This document shows, piece after piece, positions 58,118-64,000 of a stretch of 64,000 nucleotides of DNA. A program made the position numbers and the translations under genes. The number at the start of each line of letters is the position of its first letter. Position 1 is the stretch's first letter. Below the pieces are notes generated by a model. It did no database searches. It was not told where the DNA came from and was given only the letters and a program-made list of their open reading frames with translations. This DNA is from an uncultured Dehalococcoidia bacterium (GTDB lineage: Bacteria; Chloroflexota; Dehalococcoidia; DSTF01; RBG-16-68-14): the NCBI GenBank assembly GCA_964418365.1, contig CAYQLM010000001.1, forward strand, positions 24,490 to 88,489, in the 5' to 3' direction.

Positions 58118-59965
58118 TCATGAGCAGTCGTGGTTGTACTGTCTTACGCTGTCCAGGATGTCATCGATGCGGATCTGGCCGTTCGGTGCCCCCAGGTTCC
58201 AACTGTTCGGGCCGATATAGGTGCGGTCGTAGTCGCTTGAGTAGCCCGCATCGCCTGTGTTCTTCCCGTAATGCGACGCAACGAGAAGGACATCATCGAT
58301 GCGGTTCTGGCCGTCGTGCGACGGATTGAAGTAGTCCCAGGGGTTGAGGTAGTCGCGCCGGCCACCGCTCGTCTGGCTGCCGATGGCCGTCTGCTGCTCC
58401 TTCAGGTCGGGACAGCCGTCGCCGTCGCTGTCTCCGGCCGTGCAGGCCACGGCGTTGTCGTAAAAGACCTGCTGGCCGGTGGCGGTGTTGCCCGTCCACA
58501 CCGCATGCGCGACCCGGCTGATGACCGCCACGCCGATGTACTCGCCGATGCGCAAGGTGCCCGAAGGGGGGAACCTGTCCGGCGCTCCCAGGTCGGGATC
58601 GAACGCCACGTCGTTGATCCGCACCTCGGGGCCGAAGGTGATGCCGCCGTTGCCGCTACTGCGCATGTACACGTCGAGGAGGAGATCGCCGCTCCCGTTC
58701 GTCGCGCCCGCCCGCGAGTCGTACCATTCAACGGTCAGGCACTGCGAGACAGGGTCGATCGCCGCCGTTGGGAAGAGCTGGTGGCTATTGCCGGGGCCTT
58801 TGTCGACTTGGACGGGCGCGCTCCAGGTCGCCCCGCTGTCGAACGAGCGGGTGATGTAGATAGCGGCGTCGTCGTTCGCGCCGCCATGCGCCGTGTTCGT
58901 GGGGTCATCGGACGCCACGACGAACACGACGTTCGCCGCTGCCGGATCCGGCAGCAGCCAAGCCTGTCCCGACCCGTGTGTCCACGTCCGGTTCTTGTTC
59001 AACGTCCTCGGCAGGCTTTGGATGTTGTACGTGATGTCGCCGTTGCCTGGGGTGTACGCCAGCGTCTTCTGCGGGTAGGTCAGGCCGCCGTCCGTCGAGC
59101 GGGCAACAAATATTTGCGCCGTAGTGCCGTCGGATATGAAGCCCGGCACGGAGCGGTACGAGACATACACGTCGCCATTGGCCGCGACGGCGTTGTGGGT
59201 CGGCGTCACGAGGCCGTCGGCGCCGGTCGAGAGCGTAACCGCCGGTGTCCACGTCTGGCCCTGATCGCCGGACGATGTGGCATTCACTTGATTCGGGATG
59301 ATGCAATTCGCCCCCGTGAACTGCGTCCAGACGATATACAGCCGGTCTTGGAAGGGGCTGCCCGCGAAGCGATCGGCCGCCGACCAGGCCTTGTCATGAC
59401 AGTTGCCGCTGATCCCTGGCAGGTTCACGCCGGGTGATGCTGTGACGTTGACAGGATAGCCCGCGAGGATGGCTCCCGTCGCCGGATTCACCTGCGCAAT
59501 GAAGATATCGATCTCGTTGTAGTTTGTGGCGATGCAGCCGAGGTACGTCCAGAAGAGCCGTCCGGCGCTGTCGAACGCTAGCGACGAGTCTCCGCATAGG
59601 ACGTGCGTCCCGGGGACAGATTCCGGTGTGGCAGTGGACCAGTTGATACCGGCGTCTGTTGAGACACGCAAGCTATACAGGTCGGCCGCCGCGATGTTCA
59701 TCGAGTTCAGCGGGTTCGCGGCGATGGCCGGCTCGTTCGTGCCACCAAAGGCAACATCCGCGCCCGCTGAACCTGCGGCCTGACCTGCACCTCGCGTGGG
59801 TAAGCTCGGGGCGCCCACCGCTGGCACGGCCGAGGGGCCGACGGAGGCCGGGGGCTGCTGCGCCGAGACGTCGTCGAGAAGGAGGGTGAGACTCGCGAGG
59901 ACGAGCGCCAGGGCAAGGAAGAGCACGACAGGAATCCGAGGTCTTGCGCGTCGAGAGGAAGGCAT
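58118..59965 (-). CDS. Secreted BNR/Asp-box repeat (sialidase-like beta-propeller) protein with a C-terminal dockerin-like module
   Basis: Five Asp-boxes (STDAGINWS, SGDQGQTWT, STDGGLTYP, SFDSGATWS, SGNGGITFG). C-terminus DYFNPSHDGQNRIDDVLLVASHYG...APNGQIRIDDILDSVRQYNHDCS. Start ATG 59965 (GGAGG Shine-Dalgarno); the ORF extends to 60025. Confidence 0.8.
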   Translation of the reverse strand: MPSSRRARPRIPVVLFLALALVLASLTLLLDDVSAQQPPASVGPSAVPAVGAPSLPTRGAGQAAGSAGADVAFGGTNEPAIAANPLNSMNIAAADLYSLRVSTDAGINWSTATPESVPGTHVLCGDSSLAFDSAGRLFWTYLGCIATNYNEIDIFIAQVNPATGAILAGYPVNVTASPGVNLPGISGNCHDKAWSAADRFAGSPFQDRLYIVWTQFTGANCIIPNQVNATSSGDQGQTWTPAVTLSTGADGLVTPTHNAVAANGDVYVSYRSVPGFISDGTTAQIFVARSTDGGLTYPQKTLAYTPGNGDITYNIQSLPRTLNKNRTWTHGSGQAWLLPDPAAANVVFVVASDDPTNTAHGGANDDAAIYITRSFDSGATWSAPVQVDKGPGNSHQLFPTAAIDPVSQCLTVEWYDSRAGATNGSGDLLLDVYMRSSGNGGITFGPEVRINDVAFDPDLGAPDRFPPSGTLRIGEYIGVAVISRVAHAVWTGNTATGQQVFYDNAVACTAGDSDGDGCPDLKEQQTAIGSQTSGGRRDYLNPWDYFNPSHDGQNRIDDVLLVASHYGKNTGDAGYSSDYDRTYIGPNSWNLGAPNGQIRIDDILDSVRQYNHDCS

Positions 59966-60046
59966 GTCGGGCCTCCAAGCTGTCGGAGGCGGGGGATGGC
60001 TCAGGCCATCAAGTCCGTCAATCATATTGCTTCGCCCAGGGGCGCG

Positions 60047-60562
60047 TCAAGTGAGCGCGAGACAGAGCGATACGGTTACGTGCTTGCCCGCGAGCACCGA
60101 GCGGCGGTTGTCAAACTCGAAGAGGTAGTCGCCCCCAGCCGGCGCGACGAACTGGAGCTGCTGGCTGTGCTGCGGAACGGGGCGGTCGAGGACGAGTCGA
60201 TTCCCCGGGGACCACACGCGAAGGCCGATGTCGTCTCGCTCATTCCCGACGACGGAAACCGTGCCGGACACCTGCTGCCCCACCTTGACCGGGAAGAGCC
60301 AGCGCCCCAGCGTGCGGGCGCCCAACTCGAAGTCGACGCTGCCGCAGAGGGCGCCCGCCTCATTCGGTTGGAGCTGGGCGGCCTCCGCGATGACGGCGGT
60401 CTTCGTGTCCAGCTGGCGGTAGAAGAGGTATGAGACTGCGAGCGCCAAGCCAAGCAGCAAGACCAATGCGGTGACGGCGGCCCAACGCATGGCATGGCCC
60501 CCTCGATAGATCGCTCTATTCATGATCGGCTGCCGGATGTCTGTACTGGAGAGAACCCGCAT
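60047..60562 (-). CDS. Hypothetical N-terminally anchored small protein
   Basis: TM segment (WAAVTALVLLLGLALAVSYLF); likely start at 60523 or 60490. Confidence 0.45.
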   Translation of the reverse strand: MRVLSSTDIRQPIMNRAIYRGGHAMRWAAVTALVLLLGLALAVSYLFYRQLDTKTAVIAEAAQLQPNEAGALCGSVDFELGARTLGRWLFPVKVGQQVSGTVSVVGNERDDIGLRVWSPGNRLVLDRPVPQHSQQLQFVAPAGGDYLFEFDNRRSVLAGKHVTVSLCLALT

Positions 60563-60631
60563 CAGATGATTGCGGGGACGGCGGTGTCTCGGATGGCGGT
60601 CCTGGGCTGTCGCAGCGGCGAGCCGTCGGCG

Positions 60632-63600
60632 CTACCAGCGGACGGCGTACGCGATGTGCCGGCCGGCCAAGCCCTTCAGCTCCAGCTCACGGGCTGCGTC
60701 GAACCGGAACTCGTGCGCGCCGTCGACAAGATCTCGAAGGACGGACGACACGAGGATCTCGCCGCCGTTGGCGGCGTCCGCGATGCGACCGGCGAGGTTG
60801 ACCGTCAGGCCGTAGAAGTCGTCCGCCTCTTTGACCGCGGCGCCCGTGTGCAGGCCGATGCGGACCGGCGGCTGCTCGTCTCCACGAGCTACGCGGTCCG
60901 CTAGCGCGCGCTGGATCGCTATGGCGCACTCGAGCCCGCGGCGGACGTTGCGGAACACGACCATGAAGCCGTCGCCGATCGCTTTGACGATCGTCCCCTC
61001 ATGCGCGGCGACGTGCTCGGTAACGATCGCGTTGTGCTGGCGCAGCAGCGCCATCCAGCGCTCGTCTCCCAAGCGTTCGTTCAGCGCTGTGGAGCCCTCG
61101 ATGTCTGTGAAGAGGATGGTCACCGTGCCGTCCGGCGCCGTGTAGAGCGAGACATCGGGCCGTTCGGCCAGCACCGTCTTGGAGACGGCGGCGATCGAGT
61201 TGCCGGTGTCGCGACCGTCCGCGCCCTGCAGCTTGAGCTTCAGCGCGAGACAGCGCTCGACGATGACCTTCATTCCCATGGCTTCGGCAGCTTGCAGAGC
61301 TTGCGTGGCGAGCTCCTGAGCGCGCTCGCGATCGCCCGGCGCGCCGCGCGCGACCAGCGCAGCAGCGTACCCGGCGCGAGTGCGCGTCAGGGCGACCTTC
61401 GCTTTGAACTTGGTGTTTGCTTCGAGCGCTTGATCGAAGTGCCGGATGGCGTCATCCCAGTGCCCCATGGTTTGCGCGAGCATAGCCAGGGGGAGCCAGG
61501 CTGAGCCGAAGCTAGCCGCGAACGGCGCGATGCAAAGGCCGCCGCTCGGCAGCAGCAAGTCATAGAGCAGTTGTGCTCGCTCAGCATCCTTGAGGAAGAG
61601 GCACGCCATGGAAAGGAGATACATGCCGGTAGACCAGAACATGTCTCGAGGAAACGCGTCAAAACCTTCAGCAGCGAGGCGCTCGAACTCTGCCCTGGCT
61701 TCCGGCTCCAGGCCAAGCTCGGAGCAGGCAGCAACAAGGCCGCAGCGCCACGCTGGAATGGCAGCAAACTGCGTCGAGAACTGACGAATTGCTGGAAGGA
61801 TCTCATCCAATCCGCCTATGTCGAAGCGCATCGCTCCCATCTGGAGCGCGTATAGCTGTAAGGCGTTGGGATTCTCCTGGCTTTGCCCGTAGGACAGGGC
61901 ATGTTCAGCTAAACGCCGGGCCTCCGCAAAGTTCCCCTCGTGCATGGCGAGGGTGGCGCGGATGACCTGCAGTACCCACATCTCGTAGCGCTGCTGCTGC
62001 TGCTCGACCGGTCCAGATATGGTCTGGATGTTCCTAACGATCTGGTCCATGTCGCCGACCTCAATGAGGACCGCGGTATGCCAGATCGTCGCCTCGTGAA
62101 GCAGTTGAGCAGCTCCCAACGCTTCAGTGATGCGGCGCGCTTCCTCGACCATGGCCAGGCGTTCCGCCACGTTATCTGGGCTCCACAGCGCCCAATTTGC
62201 ATGAATCAGCACAAAGGCAAGGACGCGGGGATTCCCGAGCTCACGAGCAGCCTGGATCGCGGTGTGGCACAGCTCGATCCGCCGTTCCTGACCATGCGAG
62301 TAGGTGAGCGCGCTCGCGAGCCGGGCGAGGATTTTGAGCCGGGTAGCGGAACGCTCGTCCCCCAGGAGGGCCAGGGCACTCTCCAGTAGGTCGATCACCT
62401 GATCGTCCTGTACGCCGACGCCGAACCCGGGCGTCTCGCCGCCATAGCCCAGCGCCGCGCGAGCGAGTTGTTCCCCTTCAGAATTCTCGCGAGCGGCCGT
62501 CCCAGCCTGATAGTAAAGGTCTCGCGACTTGCCGTAGTTGCCGGCGGCCCACTCCGCCTCGGCGAGAGCGAGGAGCCCTTCGCAGCGCTCTGTCTCGCCG
62601 GCGGAGTCGTCGAGTTCAAGCAACTGGAGCACGCGCTCGAAGTGGCCAGCCGCTTCTTCGTAGGCATACACGGCAGTCGCGCGCTCGCCCGCACGGCGGG
62701 CGTACTCGATCGCCTTTGTCACATCGCCGCCACCGAGCGCCGCCTCGCCGAAGTGGTGCGCCAGCTCCGCCAGATGGGCGTCCGCCTTGCTGCCGTAGAG
62801 CTGCTCCAACGCATCGCCGATCTGGCGATGCAGCCGGACGCGCCGGGCTGTTGTCAGCTCTTCGTAGAGCGTCTCGCGGATGAGCGCGTGCGAGAAGCGG
62901 TACGTCCCGGCGGGGCGCGGCAGCTCAGCAACGACGCGAGCGGCGACGGCCTCCTCGAGCGCATCAAGGAGTGGGTCCTCCTCCATTCCCGACACTCCTT
63001 GGAGGACGTCGATACTGAACTCGCGGCCGGCGACCGCCGCGATCGTGAGCAGACGGTTGCATTCGTCCGATAGCTGATCGAGCCGGCGTCCCACAACCTC
63101 GCGCACGCTCTGCGGTATGACGACCGTCCACGTCGTGCTGGGATCCTTGCGGCCGAGGCGGCCCTCGCTGGTGAGCAGGTTGACGATCTCCTTGACGAAG
63201 AAGGGGTTGCCTTCGGTTTCCTGATAGACGGTCGCGACCAAATCGGGTGGGGGCTCCTCGCCCGCGGTCATCTCGATGAAGCGCGCGACGTCGTGTTCCG
63301 AGAGGCCGTGCAGCACGATACGGTGGCTAAGCTGCTCGCGGGTGAGCTCGGCCAGCGTGTGGGACAGCGGGTGCTGCCGCCCCAGCTCGACATCGCGATA
63401 CGTACCGAGCACGACAAGCCGGGTTTCGCGCAGCTCGCGCGCGAGGAACTGCAGCAGCAGCAGCGATGGCTTGTCGGCCCAGTGCAGGTCGTCGAGCAGG
63501 AGGACCAGCGGCTGGCCGCGCGACGCGTTCTTGAGGAACGTGGTGACGCTATCGAAGAGCCGGAAGCGCGCTTGCTCCGGCTCGAGCGCAGGCGGAGGTG

Positions 63601-64000
63601 GAAGCCCGGGGAGCCGTTCACGCACTTCGGAGACGATCTGGGCGATGTCGCCGGCGCCGGTGCCGAGCTCGGACAGGAGCGCTTCGGGGGAGCGTTCGTA
63701 GACGTAGCTGCGGATCGCCTGCACCCACGGCCAGTACGCAGGCGCGCCTTCGCCTTCGTAGCAACGGCCCCAGACGACCTGCGCGCTCCGCAGGCGAGCG
63801 TATGTAGCGAGCTCTTCGGCCAGCCGCGTCTTGCCGATACCCGGCTCACCGGCGAGCAGGATCAGCCTGCCGCGATCGGTTAGTCCCTGATCGATCGCTG
63901 AACGCAACTCGGCCAGCTCGTCCTCTCGCCCGACGAAGATCCCGCCGGCGAGCCGGTCGAGCGGGTTGGCGTCTTCGCGCGGGGCCGCCTCCGGCTGCAC
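60632..64000 (-). CDS. Large signalling protein: AAA/STAND-type NTPase, TPR-like helical repeats, C-terminal class III adenylate/guanylate cyclase domain. The N-terminus lies beyond the window end.
   Basis: Walker A (GEPGIGKTRLAEEL) near the window edge, about 700 aa of helical repeats, C-terminal cyclase motifs (ILFTDIEGST, KAIGDGFMVVF). Confidence 0.8.
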   Translation of the reverse strand: MQPEAAPREDANPLDRLAGGIFVGREDELAELRSAIDQGLTDRGRLILLAGEPGIGKTRLAEELATYARLRSAQVVWGRCYEGEGAPAYWPWVQAIRSYVYERSPEALLSELGTGAGDIAQIVSEVRERLPGLPPPPALEPEQARFRLFDSVTTFLKNASRGQPLVLLLDDLHWADKPSLLLLQFLARELRETRLVVLGTYRDVELGRQHPLSHTLAELTREQLSHRIVLHGLSEHDVARFIEMTAGEEPPPDLVATVYQETEGNPFFVKEIVNLLTSEGRLGRKDPSTTWTVVIPQSVREVVGRRLDQLSDECNRLLTIAAVAGREFSIDVLQGVSGMEEDPLLDALEEAVAARVVAELPRPAGTYRFSHALIRETLYEELTTARRVRLHRQIGDALEQLYGSKADAHLAELAHHFGEAALGGGDVTKAIEYARRAGERATAVYAYEEAAGHFERVLQLLELDDSAGETERCEGLLALAEAEWAAGNYGKSRDLYYQAGTAARENSEGEQLARAALGYGGETPGFGVGVQDDQVIDLLESALALLGDERSATRLKILARLASALTYSHGQERRIELCHTAIQAARELGNPRVLAFVLIHANWALWSPDNVAERLAMVEEARRITEALGAAQLLHEATIWHTAVLIEVGDMDQIVRNIQTISGPVEQQQQRYEMWVLQVIRATLAMHEGNFAEARRLAEHALSYGQSQENPNALQLYALQMGAMRFDIGGLDEILPAIRQFSTQFAAIPAWRCGLVAACSELGLEPEARAEFERLAAEGFDAFPRDMFWSTGMYLLSMACLFLKDAERAQLLYDLLLPSGGLCIAPFAASFGSAWLPLAMLAQTMGHWDDAIRHFDQALEANTKFKAKVALTRTRAGYAAALVARGAPGDRERAQELATQALQAAEAMGMKVIVERCLALKLKLQGADGRDTGNSIAAVSKTVLAERPDVSLYTAPDGTVTILFTDIEGSTALNERLGDERWMALLRQHNAIVTEHVAAHEGTIVKAIGDGFMVVFRNVRRGLECAIAIQRALADRVARGDEQPPVRIGLHTGAAVKEADDFYGLTVNLAGRIADAANGGEILVSSVLRDLVDGAHEFRFDAARELELKGLAGRHIAYAVRW

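Overview
This is a high-GC (about 65-70%) bacterial chromosomal segment. Thr/Pro-rich linkers, DUF11 repeats and ribosomal-protein tail extensions suggest Chloroflexota or an actinobacterium-like lineage, but that is only a guess. Bases 1-10040 are a contiguous minus-strand str/S10/spc ribosomal cluster: rpsL-rpsG-fusA followed directly by rpsJ-rplC-rplD-rplW-rplB-rpsS-rplV-rpsC-rplP-rpmC-rpsQ-rplN-rplX-rplE, with no tuf and several Ala/Glu-rich C-terminal extensions. The rest of the window is accessory-like. It holds a CAP-domain protein and a roughly 1.1 kb low-GC island with a textbook sigma70 promoter driving an orphan gene. Next comes a small-protein plus wHTH-AAA+ ATPase operon and a signal-peptide/LPXTG-like small protein. 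A VWA-TM-FHA membrane protein and an ECF sigma factor follow, then a GT87/DUF2029 membrane glycosyltransferase. A compact Tad/Flp pilus locus follows: two tandem, separately terminated Flp pilin genes, then cpaB, tadZ, tadA, tadB, tadC and a DUF192 gene. There are three large secreted proteins (a DUF11 adhesin-like protein, a duplicated-domain protein and a BNR sialidase-like protein) that share a dockerin-like C-terminal module behind Thr/Pro linkers. Housekeeping and accessory enzymes include an aldo/keto reductase, amidase, GDPD, M48/DUF45 peptidase, DEAD-box helicase and CoA-transferase. Three ABC exporter systems are present, one with a MacA-type adaptor of exceptional length. The window also carries rhodanese plus sulfide:quinone reductase, a stand-alone nucleotide cyclase coupled to a DUF4097 protein, an MBL hydrolase, a cation/H+ antiporter, amtB-glnK, and a large AAA-TPR protein ending in a class III cyclase domain that runs off the window end. 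No CRISPR array, rRNA, convincing tRNA or mobile element was found. All calls rest on reading the six-frame translations by eye; no database searches were run.
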